A stretch of 64,000 bases of DNA from Verrucomicrobiia bacterium (GTDB taxonomy: Bacteria > Verrucomicrobiota > Verrucomicrobiia > Limisphaerales > UBA1319): positions 3,136,001 through 3,200,000 of the forward strand of contig OY760937.1 of NCBI GenBank assembly GCA_963664225.1. The letters are read 5' to 3'. The notes below the pieces were generated by a model. It ran no database searches. It was not told the origin of the DNA and worked only from the letters and a program-made list of their open reading frames with translations. The position numbers were made by a program, and so were the translations under genes. Below are positions 20,411-29,581 of this stretch, piece after piece; position 1 is the stretch's first letter; the number at the start of each line of letters is the position of its first letter.

Positions 20411-22381
20411 TCAGGCGCCCGCTCCGCGGCCGGGGTGTGAAGAGGGAGGTGAATCTTTGGGCGCCTCCGGCTCCTCCTCAAATACCTCCGGATACAATCT
20501 GTGTGCGCACTCGGGGCACAGACCATGGGTGAATGTCGCGGCAGAGTGCTGCTCGACATAGAGTTCCACCGTGTTCCAGTAGCCGCCGTCGTCGCGAATT
20601 TTCTTGCAGGAGGCGCAAATAGGCAGCAGGCCGGAAAGGGTCTTCACCTTGGCGATTGCCTCCTGCAATTCCACTATCAGATGCTCCCGTTCCACCTCGA
20701 TCTCTTTGCGCTGGGTGATATCCTCCTTGATGGCAAGGTAGTGGGTCACCTTTCCTTCAGCGTTGCGAATCGGCGACAGGGAGGCCATTTCCCAGAAGTA
20801 GTCTCCGTTCTTTTTGCGATTGTGGAATTCACCCCTCCACTCGCGTCCATCCTCCAGTGTCCGCCACAGCTCCAGGTAAAACTCCGGCGGATTTACGCCC
20901 GACTTGAGCACCCGCGGATTCTCTCCGTAAACTTCTGCCGCGCTATAGCCGGTCACCTCGGTGAATTTCGGGTTCACATATTCGATGCCCCCCTTAGTGT
21001 CCGTGATCACGATCGAGCACGGGCTTTGCTCCACGGCGCGCGAGAACTGCCGCAGACGCTCCTCCGTCGCCCGGCGTTCCGCGATTTCAATGGTCAACGA
21101 CTCGTTGACGGCATCCAATTCGGCGGTGCGGTTGCGCACTTTTTGCTCGAGTTCCTCCTGCGATTTCTGCATGTGGCGAACCATGGAGTTGAACGTCACG
21201 GCCAGATGACCGACCTCGTCTTTTTCATGAACAGTGGCGCGGGCGTTCAAATTGCCCCTGTCCACCTCATGGGCGGCGCGGTCGAGATCCCGCAGTGGGT
21301 GGGAGAGGCGGCGGGCGACAAACAGCGTCGTAGCCATGGCCGCCAACAGCATGACCAGCCAAAGCGCCGCGACTTCCCAAGCCGCCTTTCGGGCTTCCGC
21401 ATTCAACTCGCTCTTGTCCTGTTGCACCACAAGGCTCCAGTGCTGGCCGGGCGAAACCTCCACCGTCCGATAAGCCGCAAGCACCGCACGGCCCTGATAA
21501 TCCGTCGTCTCCTCTATCCCTTCCAGACCCCTGGCTGCCTGGCGAGCCATCTCGCTGCGATTGAGGTTGCTGGCGGTTCCCGCAGCGCCCTGGGATGTTC
21601 GATCGATGTTGAGAATCACCCCTTGGGAGTCCATTAACAGCGACTTGCCGGTCGATCCCTGCAACAACATGCGATGCCTCAATGGCGCGAGCAGGTTATC
21701 AAGCCGGGTTTCCAATACGAGCACCGCAGCCGGCCTTCCCGCCTCCATTATCGCGCGGGATAAATGCACCACGGAATTGGCCGAAAGCGGTTCTCTGTGA
21801 AGCTCCAGAACAGGAACACCCGGCAGACCTCGCGCATTCAAGAAACAGCCCGCTTGCGATAGATTGGAACCCAGCCGCGTGGGATCCGTGGACGCAATCA
21901 CCAGACCGGTCGCCGCATCCACGATCTGGAGACTCTGGTAGATGGTTCCCGGACCGACCCAGGGTTTGATCTGCGCCAGCAGCGCCGCGTTGATGGAATG
22001 GTTTCTCAGGCTCAGAATGCGCGCGGACGTCAAATTGGCCGTTCCGGCGGCTTTCAACTGGGTTTTCCAGGCCGCCACCGCAGCCTTTATGCCGGGGTTT
22101 TCGGCCAGACCCAGACTATCGGCCTCACGCTCCTGACGCCATCCTTCAAGCCATGTTTTCTGAATGTCCGCAATGGCCGCCAGCCGTTGGTCGGCCTCAG
22201 CGCGGTGCATGCGCAATTCGCCAACAATGGAGCTGTGCGGCAGCCCGAAGAGGTAAATGACGTTGATCGCGGCCAGGAAAATGAGAAAGACCGTGCCAAA
22301 ACCCAGCAACATTTTGGAACGTATGCCAAGCCCGGCTGGCTCATCTAATTTGGTCGAACCATCCTGATCTCCCGAATTCAT
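20411..22381 (-). CDS. Membrane sensor: Cache-like, HAMP, PAS/PAC and small C-terminal Cys/His domain
   Basis: Two TM segments; HAMP (PLRDL...DEVGHLA..FN.M); PAS (VEQSP.SIVITD..G.IEYVNP...W.GE..NRKKNG); C-terminal LPICASCKKIRDD.GYW...HGLCPEC. Confidence 0.85.
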   Translation of the reverse strand: MNSGDQDGSTKLDEPAGLGIRSKMLLGFGTVFLIFLAAINVIYLFGLPHSSIVGELRMHRAEADQRLAAIADIQKTWLEGWRQEREADSLGLAENPGIKAAVAAWKTQLKAAGTANLTSARILSLRNHSINAALLAQIKPWVGPGTIYQSLQIVDAATGLVIASTDPTRLGSNLSQAGCFLNARGLPGVPVLELHREPLSANSVVHLSRAIMEAGRPAAVLVLETRLDNLLAPLRHRMLLQGSTGKSLLMDSQGVILNIDRTSQGAAGTASNLNRSEMARQAARGLEGIEETTDYQGRAVLAAYRTVEVSPGQHWSLVVQQDKSELNAEARKAAWEVAALWLVMLLAAMATTLFVARRLSHPLRDLDRAAHEVDRGNLNARATVHEKDEVGHLAVTFNSMVRHMQKSQEELEQKVRNRTAELDAVNESLTIEIAERRATEERLRQFSRAVEQSPCSIVITDTKGGIEYVNPKFTEVTGYSAAEVYGENPRVLKSGVNPPEFYLELWRTLEDGREWRGEFHNRKKNGDYFWEMASLSPIRNAEGKVTHYLAIKEDITQRKEIEVEREHLIVELQEAIAKVKTLSGLLPICASCKKIRDDGGYWNTVELYVEQHSAATFTHGLCPECAHRLYPEVFEEEPEAPKDSPPSSHPGRGAGA

Positions 22382-22594
22382 TATATGACAGCGGCTTTCA
22401 TTGATTTTTCGTGCTGCAACTTGGACTGGCGCGCTCCACTCGTCAAGCGTCCCGGGGATAACGTTGACAATTATTTGCGCGCGGGGTTGAAACCGGCCAA
22501 TTCCCCTTCTCACGCTATTGGTAAAGCACCTGTTGGCATCCTCTTGCCGCACCCGGCCTTTGAGGCTATACTAAGCCCATCTTGTGAGGCGCTT

Positions 22595-23644
22595 ATGAAA
22601 CGAAGAGTCTTTATCAAAGTGGTTGGCGGTGTCGCGGGCGGTCTGGCCGTGGGCGGTCAGTCTTTTTTATCCGCTGCGGACGCGGTGGAAACAAAAGTGG
22701 AGGGGCTGCCCAGACGCCCCCTTGGGCAGACCGGCCGGAAAATATCCGTGGTCGGATTTCCCGGGCTGGCCCTCATGCATTACGACCAACAGCGCTGCAC
22801 CGAGGGAATCCATAGCGCCTTCGAACGCGGGCTGAACTATTTCGATGTCGCTCCCGCCTATAACAATGGCGATTGCGAAATCAAAATGGGCATCGGCCTC
22901 CAGGGGCTGGACCGTGACCAATATTTTCTGGCGTGCAAGACCAACCGCCGGGACAAGGAAGGCGCGCGCAAGGAATTGGAACGCTCGCTGACCCGCCTCA
23001 AGACCGATCATTTCGACCTCTATCAGCTCCATCATCTGCGACAACCCGCCGAAGTCCGCGAAGTGCTCGGACCGGACGGTGCTCTTGCCACCATTCAGAA
23101 GGCCCGGGACGAGGGGAAAATCCGCCATGTCGGATTCTCCGCGCACACGACCAAGGCGGCCTTGCAGGTTATGAAGGAGTTCCGCTTTGACACCGTCATG
23201 TTTCCCGTGAGCTTTGCCGAATATTACACCGTCGGCTTTGCAAAAGAGGTCCTGGAATTTGCGGAAAAACAGGGTGTGGGCGTCATCGCCATCAAGCCGT
23301 TGAGCATGGGCCAATGGCCGCAGGGCATGCAAAAAACGCGCGAATGGTGGTACCGCACCACGGAGAGCCAGCGGGAAGTGGATCTGGCCATGCGCTTTGC
23401 ACTCTCCCAGCCAGGCGTCGTCACGGGAATTCCGCCCTCATTCCTGGACCTTTTGGACAAGGCCATTGAAGCGGGCAAAAACTTCAAACCGATCACAACC
23501 GAAGAATTGGCAGAATTAAAGGAAATCGCCAAATCCTGCGAATCCTACTTCAAGACCGAGGATGCCAAAGTAGTGGCCATGGGTGGATCGCCGCACGAAC
23601 GGACCACAGGCGAATGCCCGCACGATTACGGCCATTTCGCCTGA
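22595..23644 (+). CDS. Tat-exported aldo/keto reductase
   Basis: MKRRVFI twin-arginine signal; NYFDVAPAY, LERSLTRLKTDHFDLYQLH and GFSAH motifs. Confidence 0.88.
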   Translation: MKRRVFIKVVGGVAGGLAVGGQSFLSAADAVETKVEGLPRRPLGQTGRKISVVGFPGLALMHYDQQRCTEGIHSAFERGLNYFDVAPAYNNGDCEIKMGIGLQGLDRDQYFLACKTNRRDKEGARKELERSLTRLKTDHFDLYQLHHLRQPAEVREVLGPDGALATIQKARDEGKIRHVGFSAHTTKAALQVMKEFRFDTVMFPVSFAEYYTVGFAKEVLEFAEKQGVGVIAIKPLSMGQWPQGMQKTREWWYRTTESQREVDLAMRFALSQPGVVTGIPPSFLDLLDKAIEAGKNFKPITTEELAELKEIAKSCESYFKTEDAKVVAMGGSPHERTTGECPHDYGHFA

Positions 23645-23684
23645 TCGCATCGCGCTGCATATCTCAGGTTTCAGACTGGTCCGC

Positions 23685-25031
23685 TTAACGCGGGAACATT
23701 CCCGGAGGCGGCACGCCGCCCATGCGCCCCATCATTTTCTGGAATTTTCCGAATTTCTTCATCATCTGCTGCATCTGATTGAAGCGGTTGAGCAGGTTGT
23801 TCAATTCGGAAACCTGAACGCCGCTGCCCTTGGCGATGCGAATGCGGCGTTTGGCGTTGAGAATGCTCGGATTGCGCCGTTCCTTCAGCGTCATGGCGCA
23901 GATCATGGCCTCCATGTGCTGAAATTCCTTCTCGCTCTTGCTGAAATCCACGCCTTTGGCCATCTGACCCGCGCCCGGCAGCATGTTGACGATGTTTTCG
24001 AGCGGCCCAAGTTTCTTCATCTGGCGTAACTGCTCCAGGAAGTCCTCCAGCGAGAAAACCCCTTTGCGCATCTTCTCCTCGAGCTTGCGCGCTTCGTCGG
24101 CATCCACCGCCTCGGCGGCTTTCTCGACCAGGCTCACCACATCGCCCATGCCCAGAATTCGGGAGGCCATGCGTTCAGGATGAAACACTTCCAAGTCCTC
24201 GAGTTTCTCGCCCAAACCGGCCAGTTTGATCGGTTTTCCGACCACGGCCTTCATGCTCAGGGCCGCGCCGCCCCGGGCATCGCCGTCGAGTTTGGTCAGC
24301 ACGGCGCCGGTGATGTTGAGGGCTTTGTCGAAATGGGTCGCCACGTTCACGGCCTCCTGACCGGTGGCGGCGTCGAGGACGAGCAGGATTTCCTGCGGGT
24401 GGATCATATCCCGCAACCGAACTAGTTCTTGCACAAGTGGTTCGTCGATCTGCAGACGACCGGCGGTGTCAAAAATGAGCGTATTGCATTTGTTGGCCCT
24501 GGCATATTCCAAGGCCTCGCGGGCAATCTTCAGAACATCGGTTTCGCCCTTTTTGACGAAGACCGGCAGGGACAATTGTTCGCCCAGGGTGGCCAACTGG
24601 TCCATGGCGGCTGGGCGATAGACGTCCGCAGCCACCAGTAAAGGCGTGCGGCCCTGCTTGTTAAGCAGACGCGCGAGCTTGCCCGAGGTGGTAGTTTTGC
24701 CCGAACCGTGCAAACCGACCAGCATGATGCAGGAGGGCTCGGCGGTCAGGTTCAGGGCGGCATTCGAGGAACCGAGGAGCTCCACCAGCTCATCATGGAT
24801 GATTTTGATGATCTGCTGGCCGGGATGAATGGTCTGGATGACCTGCTGGCCGATGGCCTTTTCCTTGATCTTTTCGACGAAATCGCGGGCCACCTTGAAA
24901 TTCACATCGGCGTCCAGCAGCGCCATGCGGACATCACGCAGGGAATCACTTACGTTGGATTCGGAGATTTTCCCGAGCCCGCGCAGGTTGCGGAATACGT
25001 TCTGGAGCTTGCCGCTTAACGAGTCAAACAT
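23685..25031 (-). CDS. ffh: Signal recognition particle protein
   Basis: GLHGSGKTTT, DTAGR, TKLDGDARGGAA and RILGMGD motifs; Met-rich M domain. Confidence 0.98.
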   Translation of the reverse strand: MFDSLSGKLQNVFRNLRGLGKISESNVSDSLRDVRMALLDADVNFKVARDFVEKIKEKAIGQQVIQTIHPGQQIIKIIHDELVELLGSSNAALNLTAEPSCIMLVGLHGSGKTTTSGKLARLLNKQGRTPLLVAADVYRPAAMDQLATLGEQLSLPVFVKKGETDVLKIAREALEYARANKCNTLIFDTAGRLQIDEPLVQELVRLRDMIHPQEILLVLDAATGQEAVNVATHFDKALNITGAVLTKLDGDARGGAALSMKAVVGKPIKLAGLGEKLEDLEVFHPERMASRILGMGDVVSLVEKAAEAVDADEARKLEEKMRKGVFSLEDFLEQLRQMKKLGPLENIVNMLPGAGQMAKGVDFSKSEKEFQHMEAMICAMTLKERRNPSILNAKRRIRIAKGSGVQVSELNNLLNRFNQMQQMMKKFGKFQKMMGRMGGVPPPGMFPR

Positions 25032-25118
25032 GGGTCAAAACTAAATTAAGCGCCGTGGGTTGACAAGAGCGCGTGCGTTTGGCTTAATGGCCGGACCGTT
25101 TTTTCGGTAACGGGCCGT

Positions 25119-25204
25119 GGTAGAATACCCAAGTGGCCAACGGGGGCAGACTGTAAATCTGCTGGCTCACGCCTTCGAAGGTTCGAATCCTTCTTCTACC
25201 ACCA
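25119..25204 (+). tRNA. tRNA-Tyr(GTA)
   Basis: Acceptor stem GGTAGAA/TTCTACC, anticodon arm GCAGA-CTGTAAA-TCTGC, long variable arm, GGTTCGAATCC T-arm, encoded CCA. Confidence 0.96.
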
Positions 25205-25240
25205 TTTTCTTCGTCATCCGCAGGGAGTGAAATTTTGCGT

Positions 25241-25284
25241 TCAACCGGTTGACCATGGGTTGACTGCTGGTCAACCGGGTTGAA
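25241..25284. terminator. Hairpin between tRNA-Tyr and the convergent LRR gene
   Basis: TCAACCGGTTGACCA...TGGTCAACCGGGTTGA inverted repeat. Confidence 0.55.
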
Positions 25285-25318
25285 TTGGGTGGATTTCTGG
25301 AGCTGCCAGTACCCGGCC

Positions 25319-28300
25319 TCAAGGTACCGGTACCAAAACCACCCGATAGAACCCCTGATCGACCGGTTTGTTGATGAGAACCCGCTTTTGGGTCGTGGTG
25401 GCGGTTATGTTGGTTTCGGTCTGCCAGACACCACCGAATGCGGTCACGCTCTGGATTTCGTATTTCCTTCCCGCCACCGTCTGGAAAAAGAGGGGGTGTT
25501 GGTCCGAGCCTATGGCGGTTTTGTCCTCGTCCACCAGGTCATTGGGGCGAGACACACGCTCAAAGGCGAGTTTCGAATTCGGACTGGTCGGATCGGTGCC
25601 CGCCTGCATCTCGGCCAGATTGCGCATGCCGTCCTGATCCGCATCGTCGGTTTCGGCACTGGCATCGGGATATTTGTCCAGCAAACCCACTGTCAGCGCC
25701 CATTCCTGATAGGTGGGTTGTTCGACCCATAGCACCGTCGGACGACCGGCAAATGTCGATTCCCAGCCAGTGGTCCCAGCCCGATAATACACCGTGACAT
25801 TGGTGGCATTTTGAAAAAGGAAGGCAGGAGCGGGCGTGGGCGCATTGCCCGCGAAATAAACGGCCGTCAGGTTTGAACAATTGGCAAAGACCGATGAGCC
25901 GATACTAATGACGCCGGCTGGAATCGCGATGCCCTTCAGACTGCTGCAGGCATTGAAAACGGAATCCCTGATATTGGTGATGCCGCTGCCGAACACCACA
26001 TTGGTAAGATTGGTGCAACCAGAGAAGGCGCTGCTGTCGATTGTGTAAATATTGTCGGACATTTTAATGTCAGACAGTGTAGAGCAGCCTTTGAAGGCGT
26101 TTGCTCCTATTACGCCCACCTTAATGTCTTGAATGATATCCGGGATCACCACGCTGCCATTGCTTCCCGTATATTGAGTGATCGTGACATTCGATCCGAT
26201 GAGAGAAAAATTGAAACCGATCAGATAGGTTGACTTTCCCGCCAGGAATCTGCCCCAGCCCGTGGTTCCAAGATAATAATATATTTTGACACTCCCGGAA
26301 CCAAACGCGTTACTGGCGACGAATGAAGGGGCGTTGCCTTCAAATACTACAGAAGTCACACGGCTTCCAAACAATACGCCGGACTCAATGTCTGTAACGC
26401 TGCCGGGGATGGTGATGTTGACCAAACGGCCGCAGCCAAAAAACGCATATGATCCAATGCGCGTGAGACCGTCGGGGATTGTGACATTGGTCAGGCTGCT
26501 GCAATTGTAAAACGTATTGGACTCGATGTTGATGATTCCATTCGGAATCGTCACGTTCCACAGGGCGACGCAATTGGAGAAGCACTGACTTCCCATGCTC
26601 GTGGCGCTTTCTGGAAGTGCGATATTCGTCATCGATGTACAGTCTGCAAAGGCCGCCGAACCAATGGTGGAAACGGTTTTAGGCAGGGTGACATCGGTCA
26701 GAGCTCTGCAACTCCGAAACGCCGCATCCCCTATGCGGGTGACGCCGTCGGGTATCGAAATATTCGACAGATTGGTGCAACCATAGAATACTTCAGAAGC
26801 GATGGCGGCCACACCGGGTGGAACCGTAATATTGGCCAAGGCAGTGCATCCATTGAAGGCATCATAACCGATATTCGTCACACTGCCGGGGATCGTCATA
26901 TTGGTCAGGGCCGTGCACCGGGAAAAGGCGTAGTTTCCAATGCTTGTAACGGTGTTCGGAATGGTGATGTTTGTTATACTGGTGACGGCTGGAGAACCAT
27001 AGGAGTATGAGAAAGCGTAATCCGCAATGCACGTTACCGGCAGACCGTTAATGCTGGCCGGTATGACGACATTCCCACCCGCCCCCATGTAGCCGATGAT
27101 AGTGTAAGCGGATCCAATTTGCTGATAGGATAAATCAAGGGCCTCGGTTTTGTCCCACAGAGCCGTCGGGCGGTCTGCATATTTCGTTCCCCAGCCCGTC
27201 GTTCCAGAGCGGTAATAGATCGTTGCCATATTCGCATCTAGAAATGGGGCATTCGCCGTGATCACACTTGGAGCATTACCCTCAAAATAAACTCCTGTCA
27301 GATTCGAGCAGGCCTCAAACGCGTAGCTTTCGATTTTGGTGACGCTGGCAGGAATCGTGATACTCGTCAGCCCAACGCATCCAAAAAAGGCAGAATCCAT
27401 TATAACCTTGGTCCTATTGGGAAGAATGATGTTGGTCAGGCCCGTGCAATTATAAAACGCATTTCTGCTGATGTTGGTAATGGTTTGAGAAATAGAAATA
27501 TTCGTAAGGCCGACGCAATCTGAGAACGCAAAACCACCGAGCTGGTTGACTTTATTCGTAATACTGTAACTGCCGGTCTTTCCTGCCGGGCAAGCGATCA
27601 GTGTTGTCAGGCTTTTGTCGAGCAACGCTCCATCGACCGTTCTAAAAACGGAGTTCGTAGGGACTGCAAAATCTGTCAGACCGGCGCAGCCCGCGAAAGC
27701 GGATTCCCGGATGGCGGTGACGGTCGAGGGAATCATGTAACTTCCAGTTTTGCCACCCGGAAACTGCAGAAGCGTGCTCTGGCTTTTATTGAACAGCACG
27801 CCGTCGATGCTGGAATAGTTTGTGTTGGCTGGGTCCACTGTAATGTTTGTCAGGCTGCTGCAACGAGCGAATACACTCTCCCCGTAAACACTCACAAAAT
27901 AAATACTCGGAAAACTTAGAACAACACTCTCTGGAATTACGATATTAGTCAGGCTGGTGCAGCGATAAAATGCAGATTGATCGATAAAGGTGACGCTGTC
28001 GGGGAGGTTGATGTGTGCCAGTTTCGTACAGCCATAAAACGCCGACGGCCCGATGTTGGTAACCCCTTCAGGCAAGGTGACGCCTGTCAGTTCAAGGCAG
28101 TCTTTGACGGCTGAGTTGTCGATGGACTTGACAGTGGCGGGGACCACGTATTCGCCTTCTTTGCCTGGTGGGTAGGCAAGCAGGATCGATTGATTATTGG
28201 TGAATAAGACTCCATCGATGCTCGAATAGGCTGGATTGAGGGGATCCACCGAGATCGTCGTGAGGTTGTTACAGCCACTGAAGACCCAATGTCCAATCTG

Positions 28301-28942
28301 GGCCAAGCTGGCAGGGAGCGCGATATTCGTCAGACTGGTGCAAGACCAAAAAGCAAGAGTGCCAATGCTGGTGACCTTGTCGGGTATATTAATATCCGCC
28401 AGATTGTTGCAGTCAAAGAAGGCCGTTTGTCCAATGCTGAGCACACTGTCAGGGAGCGTGATGCTTTTAAGCTTGTAGCAGCCTATGAACATCGTATCAG
28501 CAATATTGGTGATATTGTCGGGCAAGGTGACATTGGTCAGACCTGAACAACCGCCAAACGTGCCTGTTCCAAAACTAGTGATACTGTTGGGAATAACGAC
28601 ATTGGTTAACCCCCTGCATGCCTGGAATGCATAACTGCCCAAGGTTGTGACACTGTCGGGGAACGTTAATCCCGTTATGTTCGTGCCATTATAAAACGCC
28701 ATATCCCCAATGCTGGTCACCGGTTTGCCCTCAATGACATCCGGGATGTTCACGTTGCCGCCGGGGCCGGTGTATCCGGTGATGATGGCCGAAGTGTCGT
28801 TGGTCGTGTAGGTGAAGTCGCCAAACGTGTCGGCTCTAGCCAAGGTGAGCAGGCCGGATAAAACAAGGAGTATGGGGATGGCAAGCCACTGCGCAACGGT
28901 CATGGTTTGGAGAACACTTCCGTTGCTCATCGTTTTTCTCAT
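25319..28942 (-). CDS. BspA-type leucine-rich repeat (LRR_5) surface protein, paralogue A
   Basis: Many CxxLTxIxIPxSVTxIGxxAF repeats; signal peptide; C-terminal DADQDG...GTDP Ca-binding-like motif and GFYRV end. Confidence 0.92.
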   Translation of the reverse strand: MRKTMSNGSVLQTMTVAQWLAIPILLVLSGLLTLARADTFGDFTYTTNDTSAIITGYTGPGGNVNIPDVIEGKPVTSIGDMAFYNGTNITGLTFPDSVTTLGSYAFQACRGLTNVVIPNSITSFGTGTFGGCSGLTNVTLPDNITNIADTMFIGCYKLKSITLPDSVLSIGQTAFFDCNNLADINIPDKVTSIGTLAFWSCTSLTNIALPASLAQIGHWVFSGCNNLTTISVDPLNPAYSSIDGVLFTNNQSILLAYPPGKEGEYVVPATVKSIDNSAVKDCLELTGVTLPEGVTNIGPSAFYGCTKLAHINLPDSVTFIDQSAFYRCTSLTNIVIPESVVLSFPSIYFVSVYGESVFARCSSLTNITVDPANTNYSSIDGVLFNKSQSTLLQFPGGKTGSYMIPSTVTAIRESAFAGCAGLTDFAVPTNSVFRTVDGALLDKSLTTLIACPAGKTGSYSITNKVNQLGGFAFSDCVGLTNISISQTITNISRNAFYNCTGLTNIILPNRTKVIMDSAFFGCVGLTSITIPASVTKIESYAFEACSNLTGVYFEGNAPSVITANAPFLDANMATIYYRSGTTGWGTKYADRPTALWDKTEALDLSYQQIGSAYTIIGYMGAGGNVVIPASINGLPVTCIADYAFSYSYGSPAVTSITNITIPNTVTSIGNYAFSRCTALTNMTIPGSVTNIGYDAFNGCTALANITVPPGVAAIASEVFYGCTNLSNISIPDGVTRIGDAAFRSCRALTDVTLPKTVSTIGSAAFADCTSMTNIALPESATSMGSQCFSNCVALWNVTIPNGIINIESNTFYNCSSLTNVTIPDGLTRIGSYAFFGCGRLVNITIPGSVTDIESGVLFGSRVTSVVFEGNAPSFVASNAFGSGSVKIYYYLGTTGWGRFLAGKSTYLIGFNFSLIGSNVTITQYTGSNGSVVIPDIIQDIKVGVIGANAFKGCSTLSDIKMSDNIYTIDSSAFSGCTNLTNVVFGSGITNIRDSVFNACSSLKGIAIPAGVISIGSSVFANCSNLTAVYFAGNAPTPAPAFLFQNATNVTVYYRAGTTGWESTFAGRPTVLWVEQPTYQEWALTVGLLDKYPDASAETDDADQDGMRNLAEMQAGTDPTSPNSKLAFERVSRPNDLVDEDKTAIGSDQHPLFFQTVAGRKYEIQSVTAFGGVWQTETNITATTTQKRVLINKPVDQGFYRVVLVPVP

Positions 28943-29099
28943 ACTGCCGTTCTATCACTTGCTGAGGCACTTGCAATAACTGTTTTGCTCTGCCTGGGGA
29001 TGCAGGACAAAGTCAGGCGAGTTTTTAAATGGTTCTCGCCCCGTTCGTGCCAATACAGGTTTTAGGGCGAAATAGGAGAAATGCGTCACTTGGTTGCCA

Positions 29100-29365
29100 T
29101 AAGAACGCCGCCCCGCTGGGGCTGGGGTCTCGTGGTTTTTCGATTTCTATAAACATGGCACTCCTACGGAGTTTCTGATTGTGGCCCACCGGGCGATGAC
29201 TCCCGCGGTACAAAGGAACGCCGCAGGGCCGGACATTTGGATACGGATCGCCCGGTGTGTGTTTTTGATTCAACCCTTGCAGGGTAGGGGATTCCAGGGG
29301 GCGATTACCCCGGGTAGGCCACGTCGGCCAACCCGGGGCTGAGTGATTGCAACCCGTTCCGGGTT
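29100..29365. repeat. Cluster of REP-like palindromes
   Basis: GCCCCGCTGGGGC, ACTCCTACGGAGT, ACCCTTGCAGGGT, CCCCGGGTAGGCC...GGCCAACCCGGGG and AACCCGTTCCGGGTT hairpins in the non-coding gap between the LRR genes. Confidence 0.65.
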
Positions 29366-29581
29366 TCGCTGGAGTTTGGCAGGGAACGCCGGGGTTGGTT
29401 TCACACTCAGTTCCCAACGCTCCGCTTCGAAACGATAGTCTGGCGCAGATTGACGCTGCGGCGTGGCCCCGTTGGATGAAAGTGACCGCTGCGATGGGCA
29501 AAATGGTCAGGAATAGTGGATCATATAATGGTTGCTCCCATTCAGGGATACCTTGAGCCATGGCGAAAACAATTCCCGGCC

